Of a stretch of DNA of 64,000 bases, positions 49,292 to 64,000 are shown in pieces. A program made the position numbers and the translations under genes. How positions within the stretch are numbered: position 1 is the first letter of the stretch; each line of letters starts with the position of its first letter. The stretch covers positions 73,036,001 through 73,100,000 of the forward strand of contig OX597815.1 in NCBI GenBank assembly GCA_951406725.2, in the 5' to 3' direction. This DNA is from Octopus vulgaris. Taxonomy: Eukaryota. The notes under the pieces were generated by a model. It was not told the DNA's origin. It did no database searches and was given only the letters and a program-made list of their open reading frames with translations.

Positions 49292-50139
49292 TATTCTATA
49301 AAGCATCGAATACCTATCTTTTGTATATTAGTATTATTATTTCTATTATTTGGCTCGTATTCCGCAGACTAATCCGACCTGAGGATGATGGATATTGGAG
49401 CAGAGTGTGACACCCACAACTGAATCAGATCTATGGTTTCGTGTTGCGTTTCACAGTGCCTTTTCACACAAACACACACACGCACAAGCACATTCACATT
49501 TACATATATATCTTTGTGTCTTTCAGAATTAGCTACGCAGCACTGGGGTACCAACTACTGTGTCACATTTCTCTAAGAAATAGGGAACCATTGAGTAAAG
49601 AGCCGAGCAACCTCTTCTTATCTATCGTACTCCATACGGGTAAACCATCCAGGGAAAAAATGCTAAAATAAGATCGGAGGAACAAGGGCTGGCGTGGACG
49701 TACGGATGTATTGTTATAAGGCTGCACCTCTTTACAGAAAGAATAATCCCTTTAGTTACCAGTGGTGGATCTTCGTCGACATATAATGAGGATTCAGTTG
49801 TTCGACCCACTGAATTATCTGTCCCTGAATTAAGGAGTAAGTGGCTGAGTATTCCACGGACACGTAACTTTCACATAATTCTCAGGCAGAATCAATGTGA
49901 CACAACTTGTGACAAGACACTACATTTTAAATTAAGGGTGCACTTCTTCCCAATGGGCTTTATTACAGTATCCTTGTACCCAATTACATTTGGTTTGACT
50001 CGAAGCTGTAGAAAATGACGTTCTGCCAAAATGCAATAGAACCGAACCCAGGTCTTCGTGATTGCGAAGGGAACTTCTTGACCATTCAGCCATACTGGAT
50101 CAACACTCGTAAATAATAAACAAATAAAGACAAAACATG

Positions 50140-50320
50140 ATATTGATTTCAAATTTTGGCACAAATCCAGTAATTTCGGGGTAGGGGTAAGTCAATTACA
50201 TCGATCGCTGTGTTCAATTGGTACATATTTTATTGGCCCCGAAGGAATTAAAGAATGCCGACATCGGCGGAATTTGAACTCGAAACGTAAAGATAGACGA
50301 AATACCGCTGAGCATTTTGG
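50140..50320 (-). mobile_element. tRNA-derived SINE
   Basis: Same family as 6997-7208. Confidence 0.65.
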
Positions 50321-50539
50321 TAGGGACGGGATGGTCCGCCCCGGGTGGCACTTTGGGTCTGCTATAGGCAATATGTGTTTTTTCGTGAGGTTCGGGAGCG
50401 GAAAGCGGAAGGGCCGCCTAGGGCGGCACACACTCTAGCTACGCTCATTGGATGGATGCAGATAATCAACAAAGCGGGGGTAAAGTAAAGGTGTGGTATG
50501 GGATTTGCCACAGTCAAGTTCTTGGACCATTTTATATCA

Positions 50540-51032
50540 AGGGCTCTGAGGTGATTCGCATCTGGACATGCTTGGCAACAAGATGATGCCTCACGTGCAT
50601 TCACTTGAAAGGGGAAATCCTGTCTGGTTTCTGCAGGATAGAGCTCCACCACATTATGTATTACAGGTTCGTGATTTTCTGAATGAACATTTTCCAGATA
50701 GGTGGCTTGGGCGTCGCGGGCCAATTGAATGGGCGCCACGATCGCCAGATTTAACTCCCAGGGACTTTTTCTTCTAGGGCTACATTAAATCCGTGGTGCA
50801 TTCTGAAAAGGTTCGTGACCAAGGACATCTTCAAAGAATTGGTGAAGCGTGTGAACAAGTCAACGGCAATGAAGAGCTATTTGAGAGGGTTCATCGCAGT
50901 TTCAAATTCCATATGAACACTTGTTTAGAGCTACATGGCCAACACTTCGAACATTTGTAATGGATTACCTACTTCATTGCTAATAAAGCATAATTGATAC
51001 TTCCCATGGTGCATGACTTTGTTGCCACCTGT
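50540..51032 (+). mobile_element. 3' fragment of a DD41D (rosa-like) Tc1/mariner transposon
   Basis: WFLQD...WAPRSPDLTPRD with 41 residues between second and third D; internal stop; ends ...GCCACCTG|TA. Confidence 0.75.
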
Positions 51033-51141
51033 ATATATCAATTTACCAATTTATACTTAACTCATTATTTCATTGTCTCTTCATTCTCTCTCTCATCCTG
51101 TTTCTCACTTTCGTTCAGTTTCTCTCTTTTTTTGCTTTTAT

Positions 51142-51193
<52 letters not shown>

Positions 51194-52949
51194 CTCCCTC
51201 TTCAACTGCTTATCACCTTTATTCTTACCAGTGTTCATGTGTACATCTGTGTTTTCATGTGAATGCTGAGCACGGCCATTTTAAGCGGCATTGTTGGTTG
51301 CTGAGCAAATAAATGCAGTAGGCCTTACAGTACTTATTTATTAGCAGCATGCCACTGCATACATAGATCCTAATTGAGTCTACAAACCTGAGAGGTACTC
51401 CGGTAGATCAATACACTAGTCCCATAGTATTTATTGACAGCAAACTGCGGCATATACAGATCGTAAAGACATTGGACATTGGACATTGCCCAGTGTACCT
51501 ATGTCTTAAGACAGAACTAGATACAATACGGGAGTGTGTGTGTGATTATGTGGAAGTGTGTGAGTGTGGGAGTATGTGTATGAGTGTATGTGGGAGTGTG
51601 TGTGAGAGTGTCTGTGAATGTGTGTGATTGTGTGTGTGAGAGAATGTGTGGGAATTGTGGGAGTATATATAGATGTAGGTGTGAGTGTGAGTTTTTCAGT
51701 GTGTGTGAGTGTGTGAGAGTGTGTGGAGTGTGTGAGAGAGTGTGTGTCAGTGTTTTTGGGGTATGTGACAGTGTGTGAGTCTGGGTGAGATAATTTGTGT
51801 GAGTATGTATGAGTGTGTGAATGTATGAGGGAGTGTGTATGAGAGGGTGTGTGAGTGTGTGTAGGAATGTGTATGAATGTGTGTGAGAGTGTGTCGGTGT
51901 GTGTATATGTGTGTATATGTGTGTCTTCTCGCGCGTATCTGTATGTATGTGCGTGTATGTGCATATGTATGGTGGTGTTATTTTCTGAGCGACCCAAGTT
52001 TTGCGACCCGATTTCAATCCCTGGTTCAGTTATCATAAATCTCTTACACCTTTACACTTACTATTTCAATAACTGTCGTCAATGGCCAGGAAAGAGAAGA
52101 TTCATCCTGAGATCAACTGGAGACCCTTACACTCCTCGTTCTACAAGCTAGAAGTAGCAGTAAAAAAATCTCTTTCAAATTTCACTCAGTCATCTTTAAA
52201 CAAAGTGAGCCCCATTAGATAATGTAGTCCCTTTGTCTCTAAAATGACCAGATGATCATGGTTAGAATACCTTTGATCACAGGATTGAACTGGGACTAAA
52301 CAACAAATGCAAAAACTATACCAAGAATAACAATCATCGATACAAGAAATAGCAATCAAATCTCCCCCAAATCACACGCTATTGTCTTTAAAAAATAAAG
52401 ATATACTGGATAATGTAGTTCTGATTAGGTTATGCCTAGCAAAAAAAATATTTCGATGGTTACAGCCAGAAACGTATCTACTTCTAAAGTTAAGACGTGC
52501 GAGCACATAAAAAATGGCACCGTGAAACATACCAAACAGTTTTTCACTCATATCTCTTATATCACGCAAAATATTCCATTAGTTATACATAATTGTATTC
52601 TACAATTTCATTATGTATGAAACTTACAACTACTAACTGTTATAGGTATTACGTGAAAAAGATGAAACTCCACGGAAGTGTCCAGTGTCGAGAGGTTATG
52701 ACGTCAGGGTTTGTTTTAGTTCTTCAGATGTCAGCGGCCACCAACACATAACAGGAGATTTCAGCAGACAGTTCAAAAACACTGAATGTTGGTCAAATAA
52801 AGAATTGATTCCAGTAAGTTCTTCCAAAGCCAGTCGATTAACAGCACAAAAAGAGATTCGACTTTTATCGCACAATTAAACTAAAGATTTAAAATTTTGA
52901 AAAATGTGCTCGGTATTTCCCTTGCGGTCTTTCCCCTTGCTCCCCTGTT

Positions 52950-53205
52950 GTGGAGGTGCGTGGCTTAGTGGTTAGGCTGTTGGACTCATGATCGTAAGAT
53001 TGTGGTTTCGATTCCTTGACCGGGCTACGCGTTGTATTCTTGAGCAAACACTTCATTTCACGTTGCGCCAGTCCACTCAGTTGACAAACGTGAGTAAACC
53101 TGCGACGGACTGGCGTCCTGTCCAGGTGAGGAATATATACGCCATGAAAACGGGAAACCGGCCCTTATGAGCCAGCATGACTTGAGAAAGTAACTTTACC
53201 TTTTG
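52950..53205 (+). mobile_element. tRNA-derived SINE, second family
   Basis: TGGCTTAGTGGTTAGG A-box, GGTTTCGATTCC B-box, TCTTGAGCAAACACTT core; relatives at ~53535-53770 and ~60455-60610. Confidence 0.7.
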
Positions 53206-53473
53206 CAACCCTATGAGCTCTGCAAACTGGTCATAGCTGGAACATTTCTGATCATATTTACAGCCTGCTTGGAGCTAAACAACCACAATAACAACAGCCC
53301 TCAATACAGTCAGTCGAGTCAGCGATGAGATCTTCATATGGTCAGTGAACCCTCTAGAAACAGCAGTCAAATCTACTTCAACTCACACCCTATCGTTTTA
53401 ATAATGAAGGGCACATTTGACGATACAGTTCTTTCTCTCCCGCGCTCTCTCTCTCTCTCCCTCTCTCTCTCCC

Positions 53474-53519
<46 letters not shown>

Positions 53520-53788
53520 CTCTCTCTGCGTGAATATGCATGACCTAGTGCTAAAGGTGTTGCACTCAATCACCAGATTGTGGTTTCGATTCCCGGACCA
53601 GGCGGATCGCTGTGTTCCCGAGCAAAATACTTCAATTCACGTTGCCACAGTCCACTCAGCTGCAAGTGAGTAACCCTGGCTCAGGGTAAATGTGGTAATA
53701 TTGGTCAATTATACGCTATGAAAACCAGGTAGAGAGGACCGATGAGTCCTAGGATACGACACTGTAATTCACTTTTTTTACTTATATA

Positions 53789-53859
<71 letters not shown>

Positions 53860-53881
53860 GCATGTATGTATATACATATAC

Positions 53882-53921
<40 letters not shown>

Positions 53922-53922
53922 T

Positions 53923-53961
<39 letters not shown>

Positions 53962-53965
<4 letters not shown>

Positions 53966-54489
53966 TTTTTTTCTCTTATCTGACTTTATGTTGGGTTTGC
54001 TGTCTCTTATATGTGAAAAAAGAGGCTCCAGAGTTGTTTAAGGTGTGCTTGGTTTCGCGCCTAAAATTTCTTGTGGACAATGGTCAATACAATTTTGATT
54101 GGTCATTATAAAGGGGTCACGTGAATGTTTGAATGGAAGTTGGTGTTGGGGTAAGAAAATAGGCTCAGAGATGTTAAAATTTGGCTAGTGTCGCGCCTAA
54201 AATTTCTTATTGGTCATAATAAAGAGGTCACGTGGATGTGGTCATAATAGAGAGGTCACGTGAATGTTTAGAATGAATGTTGGTGTGGGTGGTGTATGGA
54301 GTTTTCGAAAATAGCGTTGTTGAAAATTCTTATTGTTCAGGCTGGTCAGTAGACGTCATGTGGATATTTTAAATAGCTTTTTAGCGCGTAGTTAAGGAGT
54401 GTATTTTCCGCTTGACTGAATTTGAGCTGGATAAGTAAGTTCGTTTAGGACAGGAAGAGCTATATGTATGTATGTGCGGGTGCGCGCGC

Positions 54490-54528
<39 letters not shown>

Positions 54529-57032
54529 TGTATGTGTGTTTATATGTATGTTGGGGCGCGCGCGCGTGTATATATGTGTGCGTGTGTGGGTACAATTTTC
54601 AATATTTATAGTTCTGCTGGCCTTGTGCCTGTATCGGGAAGCAACGTGTTTGTGTGAAGTCAATATTTACAGTCATTTCCCAAAAATAGTGTTGGATGTT
54701 TTGCACCCGTATCAAATTATGTGTATGTGTGGAACCATATATTTGCGTGTGTCATGGTGTTAATATCTGGGTAAAAGTGTGTGTAGGGTGTGTGCAGGTG
54801 TAAGTGTGTTTGTTGTGGGTTCGTGTTAGGGGGATGTGTTTAGAAGTGGTCTGTATTTATTAATAAGGTGGGATCCTTATTAATAAGGAGACAGAATACT
54901 ATATCAACTTAGCACTCTCCACCTTAGAAAATGGAACATATTACGAAAAGGCTGAACACTACAATCAACAGAAAATTATGAGAAACTTAAAAACCCTGAT
55001 CAACCTCCACAAAGAAGAACTCACTAACAAAGAATTCAACTTCATCACAAATTTCACTAGTAAAACCAGCCTCTTCTACGGTATTCCCAAAATTCATAAA
55101 AGCGAATTAATAAGTAAGGCATGCAAGGAAGCCACAAACTCTGTAATCAATGTCCCCTCACCAAATGACCTCAAATTGAGACCTATAATAGCAGGTCCCG
55201 CTTGCGAAACCCACCGCCTTAGCAACTTCATTGATACCCTTCTCAAGCCCTTCCTCAAACACATTAAAAGCTACATAAGGGACGATCTAGATATGCTCAA
55301 CCACCTCCCCAATACACTTCTTGCTGAACAAACCCTGCTAGTAACATTCGATGTAGTTAATCTTTACTCCAACAACCCCCACAACCTAGGAATAGAAGCT
55401 ATCCAATTCTAGCTGGATAATTACTCCAACGAACTCCCACACCGCATCAAAAAGGAATTTATTTTAGAAGGACTCAAATTCATCTTAGAGAATAATTTCT
55501 TCACCTTCAACAACAAATTCTACGGACAGAAATCAGGGACGGCAATGGGAACGAAAACAGCTCCCACTTGCGCCAACCTAGTCATGGGATACCTGGAAAT
55601 CACCCTCTATAATAACGTTCTTAACCAATTTGGCACCACTCTCCACACACACATAGAGAAGAACTGGAAGAGATATCTTGATGACTGATTCATCCTTTGG
55701 CCCGAAACCATCGAGAAGCTTAAAGAATTTCACACCCTTATAAATGGGCTCAACACGAACATTATTTTCACAATAGAATACAGCCCTCAACAAATTCCCT
55801 TCCTCGACATCCTCATTAAAATTCACAACAAAAAAATAGAAACAGACATATACTACAAGCCCACAGACTCCAAGCAATACCTCCCTTTCAATTCATGCCA
55901 CCCTAGACACGTTAAAATTAACATTCCCTACAACTTAGCCAAGAGAATTTGCACTATAGTCTCCAATAAAAACACCCGTCTCTTACGTCTACAAGAACTT
56001 AAGGACACATTAACAAGCAGGGATTACCCCACGTCACTAATTGACAATGGGATCCAACGCGCCCTAAAACTCAGCACACAGGAACTTAGACGTCCTAAAC
56101 CTGTTACATCGAAACCCCATACTCTACCATACATCTCTACACACAACCCCCTCAACAATGAAGCTTTTGACACCATCCTCCAGAACATTTCTGTATTAAA
56201 AAAAGGACCATAGAATGAACCAAATCCTCCTAACACACGAAATCATAAAGAGCAAAAGGCAACCCAAATCATTGAAAACCATCCTAACAAATGCCAAAGT
56301 ACTGCCAACCACAACAACTAAACCCACAGTAAACAAATGCAATAGACCCAACTGTGGTATATGCATCAACCTAATAGAAGGTCCGGAATTCCTTTTTAAA
56401 CAAGGACAACGTTTCACAGTAAAACACAACTTCACATGCGCATCAGAAAACCTAGTATATGTCTTAACTTGCTCGGGTTGTAATGAACACTACATAGGCC
56501 AAACTAAAAATAGCCTCCGCCAACGCATGACTGTCCACAGATCCCAAATAAAAATACAGGAATACAGAAAAATAGCACTTAGTGCACATATTGATACCTG
56601 TGCCGCACAACTTCATCCCAATTTTAGAATCTTTCCCCTCTACAAATTTAAAGACAATGCCACTCATACCCAGCGAATAACCATGGAATCCCACCTTATT
56701 AATAAATACAGACCACTTCTAAACACATCCCCCTAACACGAACCCACAACAAACACACTTACACCTGCACACACCCTACACACACTTTTACCCAGATATT
56801 AACACCATGACACACGCAAATATATGGTTCCACACATACACATAATTTGATACGGGTGCAAAACATCCAACACTATTTTTGGAAATGACTGTAAATATTA
56901 ACTTCACACAAACACGTTGCTTCCCGAAACAGGCACAAGGCCAGCAGAACTATAAATATTGAAAATTGTACCCACACACGCACACATATATACACGCGCG
57001 CGCGCCCCAACATACATATAAACACACACACA

Positions 57033-57085
<53 letters not shown>

Positions 57086-57785
57086 GCGCACACATACATA
57101 CATATAGCTCTTCCTGTCCTAAACGAACTTACTTATCCAGCTCAAATTCAGTCAAGCGGAAAATACACTCCTTAACTACGCGCTAAAAAGCTATTTAAAA
57201 TATCCACATGACGTCTACTGACCAGCCTGAACAATAAGAATTTTCAACAACGCTATTTTCGAAAACTCCATACACCACCCACACCAACATTCATTCTAAA
57301 CATTCACGTGACCTCTCTATTATGACCACATCCACGTGACCTCTTTATTATGACCAATAAGAAATTTTAGGCGCGACACTAGCCAAATTTTAACATCTCT
57401 GGAGCCTATTTTCTTACCCCAACACCAACTTCCATTCAAACATTCACGTGACCCCTTTATAATGACCAATCAAAATTGTATTGACCATTGTCCACAAGAA
57501 ATTTTAGGCGCGAAACCAAGCAAATCTTAAACAACTCTGGAGCCTCTTTTTTCACATATAAGAGACAGCAAACCCAACATAAAGTCAGATAAGAGAAAAA
57601 ATCTATCAGAAAGGAACTCTATCTCTCTTTAAAAATATCTTTTGATAAGCATAACAAATGCGCAACCGGTAAAAAGAACTTTCACCTAATTAAATACACT
57701 CTCCCTTACTTAAATTATTTTGTCAGCATTTTCTTCATTTCCTTTTTTATATATCACAACTCGTGTTCCACATCTCCTTTTTTAA
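53962..57785 (+). mobile_element. Penelope-like element (Neptune-type), 5'-truncated, with inverted 5' pLTR, in (TA)n
   Basis: 53962-54875 is the reverse complement of ~56688-57605; RT + GIY-YIG remnant between; (TA)n flanks. Confidence 0.9.
54880..56736 (+). pseudogene. PLE reverse transcriptase + GIY-YIG endonuclease, disrupted by stops
   Basis: FYGIPKIHK, LRPIIAG, FDVVNLYSN, GTAMG, RYLDD, PFLD; CNRPNCGIC linker; NLVYVLTC..C..HYIGQT..LRQRM..H. Confidence 0.9.
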
Positions 57786-57811
57786 ATATATATATATATA
57801 TATACATATAT

Positions 57812-58310
57812 TATGTCAGGTCACTTTCGAGTGCTACTGGTAACATGTAACCCAGTACAACCTGTTGCATGGTCGGGTCGTCGGCGACTAAACCGGCAAC
57901 CCCACCAAGCTTGTTTGGTCAGGAGGGTGTTTATTGGACACCCTGCAGGATGAAAAACAAAACCCGTCAAAGGGCGGAGGAACTCTTGAGAGTCAACGGC
58001 CATCCAATAAATGTCTTATGGCTGTATCATGCGCGGGGACATAGAAATAATCGGACTGAATACCCGATCACGCGGTTAAACCATTGGGAGTGAAGGACTC
58101 CTAGCCGTTGTTAGGGCATCCTTCTAGGAGAAGGTAACTCACGTAACTGGCATAACTCCGACATAAAACCTGCGGCTTAGGGGTTACCGATGATGTTGAC
58201 TTGTTCTTCTTTTCGGATTATGGCTGCTGTTGCTTAGTGAGTGGGATTGACTCAGTGCACAGCCTTTCCTCACTTTAAAAAGAAATCTTCTTACACAGGC
58301 ATTGCACGAT
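57812..58310 (+). mobile_element. Possible 5' fragment of an RTE-like LINE between (TA)n tracts
   Basis: GC-richer block resembling RTE 5'UTRs (GGCGACTAAACC, ATGAAAAACAAAACCCGTCAAAGGGCGGAGGAAC); no diagnostic ORF. Confidence 0.3.
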
Positions 58311-58368
58311 AACAACATTGATTAAGCTTCGTGCAATGGCTATACTCGATAACGAGGGGGCAGCCACC

Positions 58369-58491
<123 letters not shown>

Positions 58492-58970
58492 AAAGAGAAT
58501 TTGAAAATGCAAAGGTCTTTTAAAGATCTTTATTGACTTGACCAGTTTCACTTTATTTAAAAAAAAAAAAAGATTTTCAAAAGTGAAGTGCAAGGCTTTG
58601 TGTAGTCTTTGTGGTGTTAAAAATTAGTTAACATAGATGTATTAAAATACGGTGATAGAATCTTTGACAATGATAAGAAAATGTTATGAGAGGCTTTGTG
58701 TTTAAACAGTTTACATAAAAGTGTTCAAAATAGGAAGTATTGTTTATAAGTTCATCAGAAATCATAATTGTTTACAAGCATATATATACAGAGAGAATTT
58801 GTAGACAGTATTTGATAGGAGAAAGCGTGTATTGCTTTGTCAAAAGTTCACCAGAAATTAATATTGTTTATAAGAATTTTAGAGGAATGGACAACCTTTT
58901 TTTTCATCTCCAGTTTTGTATGTATTACGTATGTGTGTGTGCGTGTGTGTGTGTGTTTGTATGTGTGTGT

Positions 58971-59010
<40 letters not shown>

Positions 59011-59160
59011 TAGATCAATCCATCCATCTTATCCACTCACTATTCCTGGAAGGGTCATGGGTTTAGTTTCCTCAGGTTCCTCCTCCATAGGATCTTATAA
59101 TTAACCATCATTAGACTTTCCAACTGGATTCCCAAGCATTATCAACTGAGACTATGGATA

Positions 59161-59960
59161 TCAGCCAACCATATCAAGCCGACTCTGGAACTGCTGATGT
59201 TTCAGTGATCGCACTTTCTTCGTAGGAATTTTATTTTCATTTTCGCTGTCAACATTGTTTTCTCCCTGGAACAAACTTCTGCAAATTTCAGAACGGAAAT
59301 CAACCGAAGAACCCTTATCTCTAAGTTGGCGGTAGGTGACAAATGCATTGACAACAGTTAACGAGATCACCTGAAAAGCAATCCCGTGATATCATTTCCT
59401 GGTACGCATCGTGGTTCGATAAAGTAAGAGGAGCATATCAGTTTTATCTACCTAACCCATGTAACGGTTGTAGATTTCGACATTTGCAGGAAGGGATATT
59501 TTCCACTCATTGCAATTTTTGCGGTCAAATCGGTTGGCCTCTGATACAGTATCTTTATCGACAAAGTCAGGATGCGGCGCTTGTCATACCATCCACAAAT
59601 AACAAGATTATCGTCTTTCTCAACAAACTTACAGATAGATCCACGCCCCTCCTTTCTCATTGCTGATTTTATACGTATATCATAACCTCATAACCTATGA
59701 ATTGTGAGTGTGACAAAAGCAAAAATTCTTTGATGTCTAAGCTGAGTCATAACTTCAGGACTTGCAAATAGATTATCAAAGAGAATTTAATGCTTATCTT
59801 TTTCAAGACCTTTGTAAGGCGTAGCATCACATTATCGCCCACTCCAAACTCATACAGAAGTCGAACATTTGCAGGTGGCTCTTTTGCATCTTTTCCCCTG
59901 AGGACTTCAAAATCGGAAATGTAGCCTGATATTCCTGCACAACACCATATCTTGTAAAAG
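59161..59960 (-). pseudogene. piggyBac (PGBD-like) transposase remnant
   Basis: YKIWCCAGISGYISDFEV, FDNLF, VICGWYDKRRILTLS, YNRYMG, MRTRK, VVNAFVTYR motifs in order across frameshifts. Confidence 0.7.
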
Positions 59961-61590
59961 GAATTGAGATCGAAAAAATATATCTTGCGGTAGAATATGT
60001 TGATGATAAAATATCTATGAAGACTCAGAAATAACTTACCTGTAAAGCTACATCGTCATTTATGTTCAATACATTCATTGAAACATCCTACACTTACAAA
60101 CAAAAAATGTAAACATTGATGTTCTGTATTCCTTATTTTCTTGATGTACACTTTTCATGATAATCTACACCCAGATATCAAAGAACCAAAACAAGAGCCA
60201 AAAATATAAACTAGAAAGAACGAACATATCTGAAGATAATCAAACAGAAAAAGATAACAACAGAAGCCTTCACTAGCCTATATTTTGAGGAAATACTGCT
60301 CAGCTGGCTGGAAACACTCCACAGCTTTCCCAGTTAAGGCTGCCATCTTCAAACAATTTCACGAATTAAAATTACGGCCTATAAAAAAAGAATGAACGTA
60401 TGCATTTGACACGGTTTTAGAGTGTACAACATTTATAATGTGTATACAAACATGGAAGGCACATATCCCAGTAGTTAGAGCGTCGGACTCGCAATCATGA
60501 GGTAGTGAGTTCGATTCCCAGACCGGGCTGTACGTTGTGTTATGTTCTTGAGCAAGGCACTTTATTTTCACGTTCCTCCAATTCATTCAGCTGCAGAAAT
60601 GAGTTGCCCAGGTTAAGGCTGCCATCTTCAAACAATTTCACGAATATCCCACAATGCATTTTGGTTGTAAACATTAAACTTCACGACCTAAAGAGGTCTT
60701 TACCATTTTTTACAAACATGGAACAGTACCAAGAAGGCTGTCTTAAGGCGTGGGCACATCGGGCAGTTGCCCAGAAGCCCAAATCTGAACTATGTATGCT
60801 GTGCGTTGCAGTGAATAAATAAATACTATAGAACCAACTGCATTGGTTTGCCCAGGGACTTACAATGCTTCTCAGGCGGCTCTGAGCACCAGCTGCAATT
60901 TGTCTCTGAGAGGCAACTCAAAGAGACTTATGTGTTAAAAACACATAGATTTACTCAGAACACCAGTGGATAGTAAGACAGTGTTTCGACATGATTTGGT
61001 CTCCTCAGTGACGAATGCCCTGGATGTGAGATGGGCCGGAAATATTTGTTCTGATACAGAAAGCAATAACAAAACATATACAATATGTATATACAAATAT
61101 GGAACGGACCTAACTATAAAATTTAGTTTCAGAAAAACTTCTTAGAGAGAGACTTTTGTTAGCTAAAAACTTAGTTTCGCTTTTCTCTGCTTCAAGAGAA
61201 TGTATCATAATAACTAAAAAGCAATTAAAACTAAGTTCACTTGATAAAACGAGATACTCTCAAGAATCAAGAATTTTCCAGAACTGATATAACGTTTTGG
61301 AAAAAGACTGGTTTATTGTTTGAAGATAAAAGATAGTCGTGGATACGTGTTTCTGGCTCAATAGTCATCATCGGCACGACAACTTATACAAGGAACTTAT
61401 ACAAGGAACTTATACAAAGAAAAAGAGTAACACACATTTATGGCCCAAGGTAATTTGCATAAATTTATAACTCAGTGGCCAGTAGCATGTATTAGAACAA
61501 CATAGATAAATACAGGTATAACAAACAACATACAACATAAATTCTTAATATATTTACATATAAATACATTCACACACACACACACACACG

Positions 61591-61652
<62 letters not shown>

Positions 61653-61684
61653 CACACTCTCTCTATCTTTCTTACACACACACA

Positions 61685-61895
61685 CACGAGTGGGTGCCGA
61701 AAAGTTCCTGGTTTTAAGGGTGTCGCGAAAGGCCTGGTAGGAGACCCAAACTTCCCAGTACTTTTACAGAGCTTAGAAAAACTGAAGAACCACTGCAACA
61801 AGTGTGTGAATCTGAGAGGAGAATATCATAATTATAATTAACTGATCCTCCTGTATTTTCTTTAAACCTAAAGCCAGAAACTTTTCAGCACCCCT
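61685..61895. mobile_element. Mariner-like MITE, right TIR interrupted by the next element
   Basis: GGGTGCCGAAAAGTTCCTGGTTTTA / TAAAGCCAGAAACTTTTCAGCACCC inverted repeats. Confidence 0.6.
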
Positions 61896-62322
61896 GGATC
61901 TTTTCTGTTTGAACGGCAGTTTTTTCTAGCGGTGTCATATGAAATTGTCACCCATAATTATGACCCTAGTATCGATCTATTGCATTTCAATGTTTTAGGG
62001 TTAGGGTTAGTTAGGGTTAGGGGTGGGGGGAAGGGTATCTTTTTTTTCTTCAGAAATGTAAATAAACCCAATGTGTTTCTTAAACGAGGAACATATTCAT
62101 AAGGCACACAATGTTTTCACCTCAATAAGACGTCATTGATTGGTTGAAATTGCAGAAATCGAAGAAAAAAAACAACAAATATCTTGCAAACTATAGAATT
62201 TTCTCAATAAAGCCAAGAGAAAAAGATGTTTTATAAACACACTCTACCAGTATACGAAGTTTAAAAGTGTTTAGTTACGTGGAAATTATTTTTAAAAACT
62301 GCCGTTCAAACCAAAATGATCC
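61896..62322. mobile_element. MITE with GGATC termini, 8-bp TSD and internal TTAGGG repeats; Merlin-like
   Basis: TSD GCACCCCT at 61888-61895 and 62323-62330; TIR GGATCTTTTCTGTTTGAACGGCAGTTTT / AAAACTGCCGTTCAAACCAAAATGATCC. Confidence 0.8.
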
Positions 62323-62332
62323 GCACCCCTTC

Positions 62333-62388
<56 letters not shown>

Positions 62389-62704
62389 ATAATCTTTTAA
62401 TTGTTTCAGTCATTAATTAGACTGCGGTCATGCTGGGGCACCGCCCTGAAGAATTATTAGTCGAATGAATCGACCCCCCCAAACCCAGTACTTAATATTT
62501 TTTAAAGCCTGGTACTTATTTTATCGGTCTATTTTTCCGAACCGTTATGTATTTTCGCTGATGAATTATATAATATTCACATAATTTGTGATGTAAAGAT
62601 GCATAGCAAACACCGAGTTGCACAAAGTAGCAACACAATATTTAGAGAAAAATTAAAAGGCGAAACAAGAAAAGGCGAAACAAGACCACTCTCTTACACA
62701 CACA

Positions 62705-62753
<49 letters not shown>

Positions 62754-62859
62754 ATTTGTAGATCAATCTGCAAGTATAGACACAAACCAACAGGCATATA
62801 ATGTCCGGAACTTCACTACCGCTGTTAATCGTAGCATCACCAAAACATCAACATTATCG

Positions 62860-63960
<1,101 letters not shown>

Positions 63961-64000
63961 GAGCCGTCAAACCGACCAAACTTAAAATCCTCTTAGAAGA

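Overview
Eukaryotic, repeat-saturated DNA with no recognisable host gene. The SINE types and microsatellite landscape suggest a cephalopod (octopus-like) genome; this is an inference. The dominant structure (8.2-33.0 kb) is five near-identical head-to-tail copies (one 5'-truncated, four ~5.36 kb full-length) of a two-ORF Tx1-clade non-LTR retrotransposon. All are inserted at the same 17-bp site (GGAAGCGACACCTACTG) inside a 362-bp tandem repeat embedded in (TA)n. That 362-bp unit contains a minimal type I hammerhead ribozyme (U3-A8 core variant) immediately 3' of the insertion site and resembles a metazoan non-LTR retrozyme. The locus therefore appears to be a sequence-specific LINE that targets a hammerhead-ribozyme repeat. 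Elsewhere: a second hammerhead repeat family (485-bp unit, long G-U-rich stem II, plus an inverted copy), other single or decayed hammerheads, a Neptune-like Penelope element with an inverted pLTR, and decayed Tc1, DD41D, piggyBac, RLE-type LINE and Helitron-like pieces. There are also TTAGGG-containing MITEs with 8-bp TSDs, many SINEs and microsatellites. All structures were read by eye; no folding or database search was run.
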